Below are positions 49,260-58,286 of a stretch of DNA of 64,000 bases, in pieces (the stretch's first letter is position 1; each line of letters starts with the position of its first letter). The DNA lies in the NCBI GenBank assembly GCA_951812805.1, contig CATOSZ010000002.1, forward strand, positions 333,111 to 397,110, in the 5' to 3' direction. The translations under genes and the position numbers were made by a program. The notes below the pieces were generated by a model that did no database searches, was not told the origin of the DNA, and saw only the letters and a program-made list of their open reading frames with translations. The DNA is from an uncultured Alphaproteobacteria bacterium (lineage in GTDB: Bacteria > Pseudomonadota > Alphaproteobacteria > GCA-2731375).

Positions 49260-50102
49260 ATGTGGATTAGACGGGCGATTACAGGCACTTGGGTGGCCCT
49301 GACCATGGCCGCCGCCGTCCCCGCCGCGGCGCAGCAATCGGAATGGATCGGCATCCAGGAAACCAAGGCCCGCCTGATCGCGGCCAGAAACGCCGTCGAC
49401 GGCGTCGGAACCCTGGACCTCGGCCTGCAATTCAAGCTCGAGCCCGGCTGGAAGACCTACTGGCGCAGCCCGGGCGAAGCCGGCATGCCGGCCCAGCTCG
49501 ACTGGTCGAAGTCCGAGAACGTGGCGGGCGCCGAGCTGCTCTGGCCCTTGCCGAAGCGCTTCACCGCCTTCGATCTCTCGACCTACGGCTACGGCGACGA
49601 GGTGATCCTGCCGATCCGCCTCGCCGTGGCGGAGCCGAGCCGAGCCGTCAGCGCTCGCCTGCGGGTGTTCTATCAGGTCTGCCGCGACATCTGCATTCCG
49701 GTCGAAGCGGACCTCGTCCTCAACCTGCCGGCCAAGGGCGGCGGCTCCAGCCCGCATGCCGGCGTCATCCGGCACTACCTGGCGCAGGTCCCGATGCCCG
49801 ACGGCGGGCCCTTCGAGATCCGCGAGCCGGCGATCACCGGGGCGCCCGGCGCCGAGGTGCTGCACTTCACCGTCGCCGCCACGACGCCTTTGAGCCGGCC
49901 GGACGTTTTGGTCGAGGCGCCCTGGCCCTTCGGCTTCGATGCCGCCGAGGTCACGCTGGCCGAGGATCGCCTGGGCGCCCGCGTGACCGTACCCGTACGC
50001 TCGCGCAAGGGCGACGGCAGCCTTGCCGCACACGCCGTCACGGTGACCTTCGTCGACGGCGCCCGCGCGGGGGAGAAGACCTTGGCACTCGCCGCGCAGT
50101 AG
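49260..50102 (+). CDS. Secreted DsbD/ScsB N-terminal (thiol:disulfide interchange alpha-domain)-like protein
   Basis: Signal peptide. ...VFYQVCRDICIPVEADLVLNL... matches the DsbD alpha-domain Cys motif. Confidence 0.6.
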   Translation: MWIRRAITGTWVALTMAAAVPAAAQQSEWIGIQETKARLIAARNAVDGVGTLDLGLQFKLEPGWKTYWRSPGEAGMPAQLDWSKSENVAGAELLWPLPKRFTAFDLSTYGYGDEVILPIRLAVAEPSRAVSARLRVFYQVCRDICIPVEADLVLNLPAKGGGSSPHAGVIRHYLAQVPMPDGGPFEIREPAITGAPGAEVLHFTVAATTPLSRPDVLVEAPWPFGFDAAEVTLAEDRLGARVTVPVRSRKGDGSLAAHAVTVTFVDGARAGEKTLALAAQ

Positions 50103-50213
50103 TGTCGGGCGGCCGGTTCTCAAGCCGTCGCCGAGCCGCTATAAGCAGTTCCGCCAATCGATGGAATTCCAGGCCGGGCAAACGGCATCGGCCGCAAACG
50201 GAGGGAACGCGAC

Positions 50214-50699
50214 ATGACGATCAAAGCCGGCGACACCATGCCCGAGGGGCAGTTCATGACGATGACCGACGAGGGACCGAAGCCGGTCACGTCCGCCGAG
50301 CTGTTCGGCGGCAAGACCGTCGTGCTGTTCGGCCTGCCGGGCGCCTTCACGCCGACCTGCTCGAACAGCCACCTGCCGGGCTATATCCAGAACGCCAGCG
50401 CCCTGAAGGGCAAGGGCGTCGACACCATCGCCTGCATGAGTGTCAACGACGCCTTCGTCATGGGCGCCTGGGGCAAGGACCAGGGTGCCGGCGACGCGGT
50501 GATGATGCTGGCCGACGGCAGCGCCGACTATGCGAGCGCGATGGGCCTGAACCTCGACCTGACGGCCCGCGGCATGGGCATGCGCGCCACCCGCTTCTCG
50601 ATCCTGGTCGAGAACGGCGTCGCCAAGGCGGTGAACGTCGAGGAAAACCCGGGCGTCGCCGAGGCCACCGGCGCCGACACGATGCTGGGCCAGGTCTGA
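50214..50699 (+). CDS. Peroxiredoxin, Prx5/type-II subfamily
   Basis: ...VVLFGLPGAFTPTCS... peroxidatic Cys motif, 161 aa. Confidence 0.85.
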   Translation: MTIKAGDTMPEGQFMTMTDEGPKPVTSAELFGGKTVVLFGLPGAFTPTCSNSHLPGYIQNASALKGKGVDTIACMSVNDAFVMGAWGKDQGAGDAVMMLADGSADYASAMGLNLDLTARGMGMRATRFSILVENGVAKAVNVEENPGVAEATGADTMLGQV

Positions 50700-50723
50700 C
50701 GCCGGACCCACGTTCGACGAGAA

Positions 50724-50752
50724 AGGGCGGCGCTGCGGCGCCGCCCTTTTTT
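50724..50752. terminator. Bidirectional Rho-independent terminator between the convergent peroxiredoxin and GMC genes
   Basis: GGGCGGCGCTGCGGCGCCGCCC hairpin with TTTTTTCG on the plus side and an A-run on the other side. Confidence 0.6.
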
Positions 50753-50757
50753 CGTCG

Positions 50758-52359
50758 CTACGCCGCGTCCTCGCGCATCATGTCCGAGCATTTCTCGCCG
50801 ATCATGATGCAGGGACCGTTGGTGTTGCCGGAGATCAGGGTCGGCATGATCGAGCCGTCGGCGACGCGAAGACCTTTCAGGCCGTGCACGCGGAGACGGT
50901 CGTCGACCACCGCCATCGGATCGTTGCCCATCTTGCAGGTGCCGACGGGGTGATAGGCCGTCTCGGAGCTGCGGCGGATGAAGTCGAGGATCTCGTCGTC
51001 GCTCTGTACTTCCGGGCCCGGCGCGATTTCCGGCCCGCGGAAGTCGTCCATCGCCTGCGTCTCGATCACCTCGCGGGTCTTGCGCACGCCGTCGATCAGG
51101 GTGCGCCGGTCATGCTCGTTCGAGAGGAAGTTGAAACGGATCTCCGGATGCACCATTGGATCGGCCGAAGCGATATGGATCGAGCCGAGGCTTTCCGGGC
51201 GCAGCATGTACATGGCGATGGTCATCCCGGGATCGGGGCCGAGCTCGCGCGTCTTGCGCAGGATCGCATGGAAGGGCACGAAATGCAGCTGGATGTCCGG
51301 TGTCGCCAGCTCCGGCCGGGTCTTCAGGAAACCCAGCACGGGCGCCGAGGGCAGGTTCAACAGGCCCTGGCGATTGATCGCATAGCGCAGAATTTGCAAT
51401 CCGAGCTTCCAGCCCCGCGCGGTGTCGTTGTAGACCACACCCCGCTTGGCGATCCGCCAGACTAGGCGCGGCGCCATGTGGTCGCGCAGGCTTTCGCCGA
51501 CGCCGGCGAGTTCGTGGCGCACCTCGATGCCGTGGCGTTGGAGGACCTCCGGCCGCCCGATGCCTGAAAGCTCCAGCAGCTGCGGCGAGGCGATGGCGCC
51601 CGCGCACAGCACCACCTCGCGCCCGGCCCGCGCCACCCGGGGCTGGCCGGCGACGTCGTATTCGATGCCGACGCAGCGCTTGCCCTCCAAGATCAGTTTG
51701 CGGCCGAGCGCCCGGGTTTCGATCGTCAGGTTCGAGCGATGGCGCGCCTCGCGCAGATAGCAGTAGTCGGCGCTCATCCGCCGGCCCTTGCGGATGGTCG
51801 TCTGGGTGCGGACGATGCCTTCCTGGGTGTCGCCGTTGTAGTCGTCGTTGGGGGCGAGGCCGATCTCCCGGCCGGCGGCGAAGAGGGCGTCGTAGAGCGG
51901 GCTCTGGTCGACGGCTTCGCTGACGTGCAACGGTCCACCCTGGGCGCGGAAATCGTCCGTGTGGTGTTCGTAGTTCTCCATGCGCCGGAAGACGGGCAGC
52001 ACGTCGTCGAAGCTCCAGCCCCGGTTGCCGAGCTGCGCCCAGGTGTCGTAGTCGAGCTGCTGGCCGCGCACGAAGACCAGGCCGTTGATCGAACTGGAGC
52101 CGCCGAGCACGCGGCCGCGCGGCACCGGGATCCCGCGCCCGTCGGTGCTCTCCTCGGCCTCCGCCCGGTAGCACCAGTTGGCGGCGGGATTGTCGATCAG
52201 CTTGGAATAGCTGATGGGAATGCGCGAGAGGGGGTGCTGCTCCGGCCCCGCCTCCAGCAGCAGAACGGAATACCGGCCGTCCTCGCTCAACCGGCTGGAG
52301 AGCGCGCAGCCAGCCGAACCGCCGCCGACCACGATGAAGTCATATTCACGACCATTCAT
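50758..52359 (-). CDS. GMC-family FAD oxidoreductase (choline/alcohol dehydrogenase-like), second paralogue
   Basis: MNGREYDFIVVGGGSAGCALSSRLSED... The start was chosen at the internal ATG. Confidence 0.85.
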   Translation of the reverse strand: MNGREYDFIVVGGGSAGCALSSRLSEDGRYSVLLLEAGPEQHPLSRIPISYSKLIDNPAANWCYRAEAEESTDGRGIPVPRGRVLGGSSSINGLVFVRGQQLDYDTWAQLGNRGWSFDDVLPVFRRMENYEHHTDDFRAQGGPLHVSEAVDQSPLYDALFAAGREIGLAPNDDYNGDTQEGIVRTQTTIRKGRRMSADYCYLREARHRSNLTIETRALGRKLILEGKRCVGIEYDVAGQPRVARAGREVVLCAGAIASPQLLELSGIGRPEVLQRHGIEVRHELAGVGESLRDHMAPRLVWRIAKRGVVYNDTARGWKLGLQILRYAINRQGLLNLPSAPVLGFLKTRPELATPDIQLHFVPFHAILRKTRELGPDPGMTIAMYMLRPESLGSIHIASADPMVHPEIRFNFLSNEHDRRTLIDGVRKTREVIETQAMDDFRGPEIAPGPEVQSDDEILDFIRRSSETAYHPVGTCKMGNDPMAVVDDRLRVHGLKGLRVADGSIMPTLISGNTNGPCIMIGEKCSDMMREDAA

Positions 52360-52436
52360 GCCATGGTTCCCCCCCACCCCGAATTCCGCCGTAATACTAC
52401 CAGCCCGTCGGAAGGGAGCCGAGGGGTGGCATGGGA

Positions 52437-55400
52437 TTATCCGCCCCATCGCAGGAGGGTCGTGTTGCCATATCCGATATCGCGCGCGATCAGACCCTCG
52501 AACCGGCCTGCCGGCAGCTCGACGATCCGGCCGAGATTTGGTTCGTAAAACCGGACATGTGTGATGATATCGTCCGCGTCGGCGACGATCTCTGTGACGG
52601 CGACGGCATGGTATTCACTTTCCAGTTTCAGAATCATCTTCACATCGTAGTCATTGCTCAGGGCCGTGCGGATGGCGCGCAGATTGATCCTTCCATTGTT
52701 CGACGGATCCAGCTCGGAGATCTTGGCCCCCAATGTCTGGGCGTATTCGCGCATTATCTTGTTGCTCGCCCCAAGCTCGGAAATGATTTCACCCAGTTCG
52801 GATGCGCTCAGCTGTTCATAGGGTGTGGCTTCGGCTTTCGTGCGAACCCCCTGCGTCACCTCGCGCCGTGCCTGTTTGAGCTTTATCCGCGCCGCGCGTC
52901 GGAGTCCGTCAACCTCGGAAATCAGGCGGCCGAGGCGTTTGTTCACGAGATAGTTGGTGGTCATGAGATTGCAGGTACCGCCCGCTTGGGGGCTGAAGAG
53001 CCTCGGGCCGCCTTCGTCGATGATCCGCACATTGTCGCCGTACAATGCCCGTGCCGTCGCCAGATCGCCCCCGGCGCCGGTGAGGTCGAGCTCATCGAGG
53101 AAGATGCCGTCTCCGGGCGCCGCCCGGCGGGGCGCGGCACAGACGGGGCTCCCCGTTCCCGGCGGGTCGCCCGCAAACCGCACGCGCGTCTGCGGCGCCT
53201 GACTGCTTTTCACCGAGCCGGGCAGGTCCGCCGTCACCCCCCCGGCCCCCTCGACCCCGGCCACGCGACGACCCTTGCCGGCGACATCGATCGTCTCGTT
53301 CGCGATCACCGGGGCACCGAGTCGATGGACGGCGGCGCGCGGGCCGCTGGCGCCGAAGCTGCGTGAAAGCCTGGCGCTGTTGAGATGGAGGAGCGTCTGT
53401 GATCCCAGGCCCACCGCAATCATCACGCGCCGCCATTTCGGTTGACGCTTGCCGAACTGATCCTTGCCGGTCAACAGCAGATAGAAATCGCCGGCCCCGG
53501 TGGCGCCGACATAGCCGTCGTACAATCCGAAGACGCCTTTCTCCGCTGCGATCCGAACGGCAGACGACGCCACGTCGGCGCTGGTATCGGCGATGACATA
53601 GCGCGCCAGCGCAGCCTCCGCCGGCGATGTCCAGGGGATCCGGTCCGCGGTCCCGATCGCATTGTTCCCGAGAGCTTCGCCGGTAATGCCTTCGAGGAAC
53701 GCCTGCATCAGCGGATTGAAGTAGCTGCCGTCGCGACGCGGTCGCGTGAGTGCGGTCGCCAGCGCCCTCATCTGCTCATCGGACATTTGCACGATCGAGG
53801 CTGCTCCGAGCACACTGCCGGCATAGCGCACCGGCGGCGCATCCTCGCCGAGATAAAGCTCACCGAGATTGTACTTGTGAAGGTCGGTGAGCTGCTCCGA
53901 TTGGCGCAGGCTCCAGTAGTTGGAGAGCTGCAGCCGCTTGCGATGCGCCGCCTCCTTCTGCGCCGGGGTGGGCGACGGCGAAGCGATAATGCCGGCATAA
54001 ATCGCCCCCAGTCGTTCAAAGCCCTGGCGATGGCGTACAAGGCCACGCTGAACCCAGGTGTCGTAGACGGGCAGGCGCTGGTAGGCGTCGCCAAAACGAA
54101 ACTCGACCACCTCGGCGTTATCGACGTCGATATCGAGCCGGGTTCCCTCGGCGCCGAAAATGCGCGCCAGCGAACCGAATGGCGGCGTCCGCTCACCCCC
54201 GGATCGTCGATCGGCGAGGCTTGCGGCCGCGACATGGGAATAGGTGACCGGGCGCAAGCCCACAGATCCAGCCGCCGTGAGCTCGAGCGTCGTCCCGTTG
54301 CCGGATCCAAGCGCCTTCACCTCCACCGTCAGGCTGGAGCCTTGTTCTTTCGCGACATCGTAGGGAAGGGTGACCTTCACCGTGAAGGTCTGATGCTTCA
54401 TCAGAGCTTCGAGCGGATGGGTCGCCGGATCGTGATCGGGGCGATTGAGGCCGACGCGAAGCACCGGCCGGGACCAGGTTTCGATGTCCAGACCCTCGTC
54501 CTTGGCCAGTTCGAAGCGAAGGGGCGTACCGTCACCATCGACCCAGGCCTCGCCCTCGCCCGCACCCCCATCGCCCTCACGCCAGCGCACCCGCCCGGGA
54601 TACCATTTCATCGAATAGCGCGGATCCGCCTCCGAACCGGCCTCGTCCAGCTCGATACGCCATTCGAGTTTGCCGTTTACCTGCTCGCGGGCCCATTGCG
54701 GGATGGCGCCGTTCATTTCATCGGGTATCGGTTTGTAGGTGAAGGTAACCCGGCCCTCGAGATTGCCGCGGCTCGGGTCGCCAACCTCGGAAGAGTGATA
54801 GTTGCCCTTCCAGACCCGGGTCTGCGTATGCGCCTCCAACCTGTTCGGGTAGGCCTCGAAATCAGGATCTTCCTGCACGATGACGAAGGGCCAGTCGCCG
54901 TCTTTCGTTGGTCGCCAAACACCGAGGGTTTTCGTCAACGACATCTTGAACGGCGCCGTTTCCTCCGGTTCCCCGACAGCCGTTTCGCGGTCGTCGGGGG
55001 GTGGCGGTGGCTTGTAGGCGATGATCGCCTTCAACCGGATTAACAAACCCTCGCCGTCCGCGAGTTTCGACGCGATCCGCTGGACGTCCGCCTCTTTCTC
55101 GCTTGCCGATGCGGCGTGCCGCTCGGCGCGGGCCGTACCGGCCGCGGCGTCACGGGCAAATTCCGCCGCCGATTTCGCGAACGTCGCCCGCGTGGCCTCG
55201 GCGTAGGTCCCGTTCCGCGCCTCGCGGCGCCAATGGTCCGCCCGCTCGCGGTTTGCCGCCGCATCGCTGCGCGCAGCGGCTTCGAGCGCGCGATAATCCT
55301 CCGCCTGCCTCCTGGCCGTCGCCAAGGCTGCGCGCTCATCGCCGAATTGCTCGTGCAGCCGGTCCCGTAGCGCCGCAGCCCGCGCTTTCGCCTGCCCCTG

Positions 55401-55559
55401 GTCGCGCCGCACTTCCGCTTCGAGGCGCGTAACCGCACGACTCTCCAATTCAAGCGACCGCGCGGTGGCGGCGTCGGGCAGCAACAACGTCAATAGGATG
55501 GCAAACGCCAGTTGACCGGCAGCCCGCGCCGTGGAGACGAGGCAACTGGTTGCGGTCAT
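52437..55559 (-). CDS. Large secreted hypothetical protein (1040 aa): signal peptide, ~150-aa Ala/Arg coiled-coil, poly-Pro linker, beta-rich core, C-terminal putative Cys/His module ending ...LLRWGG
   Basis: MTATSCLVSTARAAGQLAFAILLTLLLPDAATA signal. Arg/Ala/Glu heptad-like N-terminal region. ...PQAGGTCNLMTTNYLV... then ...EYHAVAVTEIVADADDIITHV... near the C-terminus. No recognisable family by eye. Confidence 0.55.
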   Translation of the reverse strand: MTATSCLVSTARAAGQLAFAILLTLLLPDAATARSLELESRAVTRLEAEVRRDQGQAKARAAALRDRLHEQFGDERAALATARRQAEDYRALEAAARSDAAANRERADHWRREARNGTYAEATRATFAKSAAEFARDAAAGTARAERHAASASEKEADVQRIASKLADGEGLLIRLKAIIAYKPPPPPDDRETAVGEPEETAPFKMSLTKTLGVWRPTKDGDWPFVIVQEDPDFEAYPNRLEAHTQTRVWKGNYHSSEVGDPSRGNLEGRVTFTYKPIPDEMNGAIPQWAREQVNGKLEWRIELDEAGSEADPRYSMKWYPGRVRWREGDGGAGEGEAWVDGDGTPLRFELAKDEGLDIETWSRPVLRVGLNRPDHDPATHPLEALMKHQTFTVKVTLPYDVAKEQGSSLTVEVKALGSGNGTTLELTAAGSVGLRPVTYSHVAAASLADRRSGGERTPPFGSLARIFGAEGTRLDIDVDNAEVVEFRFGDAYQRLPVYDTWVQRGLVRHRQGFERLGAIYAGIIASPSPTPAQKEAAHRKRLQLSNYWSLRQSEQLTDLHKYNLGELYLGEDAPPVRYAGSVLGAASIVQMSDEQMRALATALTRPRRDGSYFNPLMQAFLEGITGEALGNNAIGTADRIPWTSPAEAALARYVIADTSADVASSAVRIAAEKGVFGLYDGYVGATGAGDFYLLLTGKDQFGKRQPKWRRVMIAVGLGSQTLLHLNSARLSRSFGASGPRAAVHRLGAPVIANETIDVAGKGRRVAGVEGAGGVTADLPGSVKSSQAPQTRVRFAGDPPGTGSPVCAAPRRAAPGDGIFLDELDLTGAGGDLATARALYGDNVRIIDEGGPRLFSPQAGGTCNLMTTNYLVNKRLGRLISEVDGLRRAARIKLKQARREVTQGVRTKAEATPYEQLSASELGEIISELGASNKIMREYAQTLGAKISELDPSNNGRINLRAIRTALSNDYDVKMILKLESEYHAVAVTEIVADADDIITHVRFYEPNLGRIVELPAGRFEGLIARDIGYGNTTLLRWGG

Positions 55560-55583
55560 GACGCCTCCAAGGACGTGGCCCGC

Positions 55584-56954
55584 CTAGTCTTCGTCCGGCG
55601 CGGTCAATTCGACGGAATCGATAAAGAACAACGTCTCGCCGCTGGTCTTCTTGTTCTGGGCGACCGTCATGAAGATGCCGCCGGGAAGCCGGAGGGACGA
55701 AATGGCGTCGGTCTCATGAACGACCGGTTTGCCACTTTTATCCACAGCACCCTCGACCGTCAGCCGCGCGGAGAATTTGCGCCCGTCACGGACGAGGCTC
55801 AGCGTCATGGGACTGGTGATGGTTTGCGCAAAATTTGAAAATTGCCTATCCGGCGGGCAGACATTGCATTTCATGGCCCGGACTGTTTTTGAAAACTTCG
55901 TGGCTTTTCCCTTACTCGACTTTATGACTTGTAAAATTAGCTTGTGGCCATAATTCTTATTTCCCGAGGTGAAGAGGCGTGCGGCCAACCAGTTCTTGGC
56001 GTCCTTGCGCATGCCAAGCCAGATGCCTTCTTTCTGAGTCTGGTATTCTGCCTGAACCGTTGCCGATAACACCCAGTTGCTTTTTGGGGGCTTCACGTCG
56101 AGGCCAAAAAGGTTCGGTGTCTTCTTCCCATCGAAGCCGCCGGTTGTTCCAGCTACCATCAACAACTTATCATCCTCGACGATGAAGGCGTCGGGATCTG
56201 GATTGGTAACCGCCCATGCGCCGTTCAACTCGTCAACGGAGAAGTCGTCCTCGAATACGGTTTTGATCTTCGGCGCCGGCTTTGCGGCAACGACGGTTTC
56301 CTTTTTGACGGCCGCCAATGCCACTTCCAATGCGCCGGCATTCGCAGCGTCGTAATACTTTCCGTTCCCCCGCTCGGCGATGCATTCGAGTTGTGCGCGT
56401 TGATCCTTTCCGATGTCGAAGCCGACGACGTGAACCCGCGTATTGATATCGTCTTGCGCCAGTTTCGCCGCTTCCGCGCAAGGATCGCCACCACAGGTCT
56501 CGATACCGTCGGAAACCAGGACGATGCTGCGTGTGGTGTCGCTATCGGCGAGCATCGCGCCGGCGGCGGCGATCGCCGCGGCGATCGGTGTCTTTCCCAA
56601 AGGCGTGATAGCGCCGATCTTGCTCCGAATCGCATCTGTCGCATCGACGCCGATCGCGGAAAGAACTTCGATATCATCGCAGTCGGTCTTTGAGCGATGA
56701 CCATAAGCAACGATGCCGAGTTGCGTGCCGCCGGCGAGATCACCAACCAGGCCGGACAGCATTAATTTTGCCGTCTCAATCTTTGCGACGCCCTCGATTT
56801 GACCCCACATCGAGTTGGAACCGTCGACAATTAGAACGGTTTGAGCGGCGTTTGCCAGGACAGCCGCCGGTGCCGCCGTCGACAACAAGAGGGCGGCGGC
56901 AATCGTCCTGGTCATCACGCCGATACGTTTGTAATTCCTGGCCATCACACGCAT
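55584..56954 (-). CDS. Secreted von Willebrand factor type A (vWA) domain protein with MIDAS motif
   Basis: Signal peptide. ...VLIVDGSNSMWGQ... (DxSxS) ...IVLVSDGIETCGGDPC.... Its stop is 25 nt upstream of the 1040-aa gene start, in local ~50% GC sequence. Confidence 0.75.
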   Translation of the reverse strand: MRVMARNYKRIGVMTRTIAAALLLSTAAPAAVLANAAQTVLIVDGSNSMWGQIEGVAKIETAKLMLSGLVGDLAGGTQLGIVAYGHRSKTDCDDIEVLSAIGVDATDAIRSKIGAITPLGKTPIAAAIAAAGAMLADSDTTRSIVLVSDGIETCGGDPCAEAAKLAQDDINTRVHVVGFDIGKDQRAQLECIAERGNGKYYDAANAGALEVALAAVKKETVVAAKPAPKIKTVFEDDFSVDELNGAWAVTNPDPDAFIVEDDKLLMVAGTTGGFDGKKTPNLFGLDVKPPKSNWVLSATVQAEYQTQKEGIWLGMRKDAKNWLAARLFTSGNKNYGHKLILQVIKSSKGKATKFSKTVRAMKCNVCPPDRQFSNFAQTITSPMTLSLVRDGRKFSARLTVEGAVDKSGKPVVHETDAISSLRLPGGIFMTVAQNKKTSGETLFFIDSVELTAPDED

Positions 56955-57023
56955 CCCAGCCTATATTTCTTTCTAAGATAGCATTATCGAATGCTTCTGG
57001 AAGTTTACCCGCCAACCCGTTAC

Positions 57024-58254
57024 CCGGCAAGGCGCAGGGGAATCGCATTTGGAATTGCCTTGACGTGCGTGTTTGATCTTGAGGTATTGGCGCGAATCGA
57101 TTCTACCCGGTCTTTTCACGGGTGGAGGTTGCGATGGAAGGCTTTCTGGAGTGCTTTGAGGGTCTCGAGGATCCGCGGACTGGCAATGCCGGGCGTCACG
57201 ATCTGCTGGAGATCTTGACGATCGCCCTGTGCACGGTCCTCTCGGGCGGTCAGACGGCGGTCGACATGGCGATCTTCGCGCGTGAAAAGGAGGCGTTCCT
57301 GCGGGAATTTCTCGTACTCGAACATGGCGTGCCGAGCCACGACACCTTCAGCCGGGTGTTCCGGTTGCTGGATCCGGAGGCGTTCGGCGCCTGCTTCCAG
57401 CGCTTCATGGCGCGCTTTTCCGAGACCTGCCAAGGGGTCATTGCGATCGACGGCAAGGTGGTGCGGCGATCCTACGACAAGGCGAGCGGCACGTCGGCGC
57501 TGCATATGGTCTCGGCCTGGGGCTGTGATCAGCGGCTGGTGTTGGGGCAAGTCGCCACCGACGCCAAGTCCAACGAGATCACCGCCGTGCCGAAGCTGTT
57601 GAAACTATTGAGCCTCGAGGGGACGATCGTGACCGTGGACGCCCTCAATTGCCAGCGCGCCATCGCCAGCCAGATTATCGAGCAGGGGGGTGACTACGCC
57701 CTGGCGTTGAAGGGCAATCAAGGCACGCTGCATGACGACGTGAGAACCTTCCTCGACGATCCGAAAGCCGAAGCGACCACCACCGACACCACGGTCGATG
57801 GCGATCATGGCCGCATCGAGACCCGTGCCGCTCTCGTCTCCAGCCACGTCGAGTGGCTGCAAGAGCGCCATCATTGGCCGGGCCTGAAGGCGGTCGCCAA
57901 AGTCACCCGGACCCGCGAGTGCGCGGAGAAGACGTCGAGCGAAACCGCCTACTACCTGCTCAGCCAGCCGCTCGACGCCGAGCGCTTCAATCCCGTTGCC
58001 CGGGCGCACTGGGGGGTCGAAAACCGCCTGCACTGGTGCCTCGATGTCCAAATGAACGAAGACCAAGACAGAACCCGCAAGGACAATGGACCGCACAATC
58101 TCGCCGTCCTGCGCCACATGGCGCTCAATGTCATGCGAAAGGATCCACGAAAAGACTCGCTGCGCGCCAAGTTCAAAATCGCCGCTTGGAACAACGACTA
58201 TCTCCTGTCACTCCTCGGCAAATTCTGAAATGCGATTGCCCTGCGGCAAGGCGG
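57024..58254 (+). mobile_element. ISAs1-family insertion sequence (~1.23 kb)
   Basis: Imperfect ~27-bp terminal inverted repeats (CCGGCAAGGCGCAGGGGAATCGCATTT ... AAATGCGATTGCCCTGCGGCAAGGCGG) flank an ISAs1 transposase gene. Boundaries are approximate. Confidence 0.5.
57122..58228 (+). CDS. ISAs1-family transposase (H-repeat associated protein-like), 368 aa
   Basis: ...FLECFEGLEDPRTGNAGRHDLLEILTIALCTVLSGGQTAVDMAIFAR... and the DDE region ...TVDALNCQRAIASQIIEQGGDYALALKGNQ... are diagnostic of ISAs1 transposases. Confidence 0.85.
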   Translation: MEVAMEGFLECFEGLEDPRTGNAGRHDLLEILTIALCTVLSGGQTAVDMAIFAREKEAFLREFLVLEHGVPSHDTFSRVFRLLDPEAFGACFQRFMARFSETCQGVIAIDGKVVRRSYDKASGTSALHMVSAWGCDQRLVLGQVATDAKSNEITAVPKLLKLLSLEGTIVTVDALNCQRAIASQIIEQGGDYALALKGNQGTLHDDVRTFLDDPKAEATTTDTTVDGDHGRIETRAALVSSHVEWLQERHHWPGLKAVAKVTRTRECAEKTSSETAYYLLSQPLDAERFNPVARAHWGVENRLHWCLDVQMNEDQDRTRKDNGPHNLAVLRHMALNVMRKDPRKDSLRAKFKIAAWNNDYLLSLLGKF

Positions 58255-58286
58255 AATCGGTCGGACGATCAGGCGGGAGATACCCG

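Noticed and set aside
52437-55559. C-terminal ...LRWGG of the 1040-aa protein as a ubiquitin-like processing signal
   Set aside because: A terminal Gly-Gly alone is weak evidence and there is no beta-grasp domain visible upstream. It is mentioned only as a detail within the vWA-operon finding.
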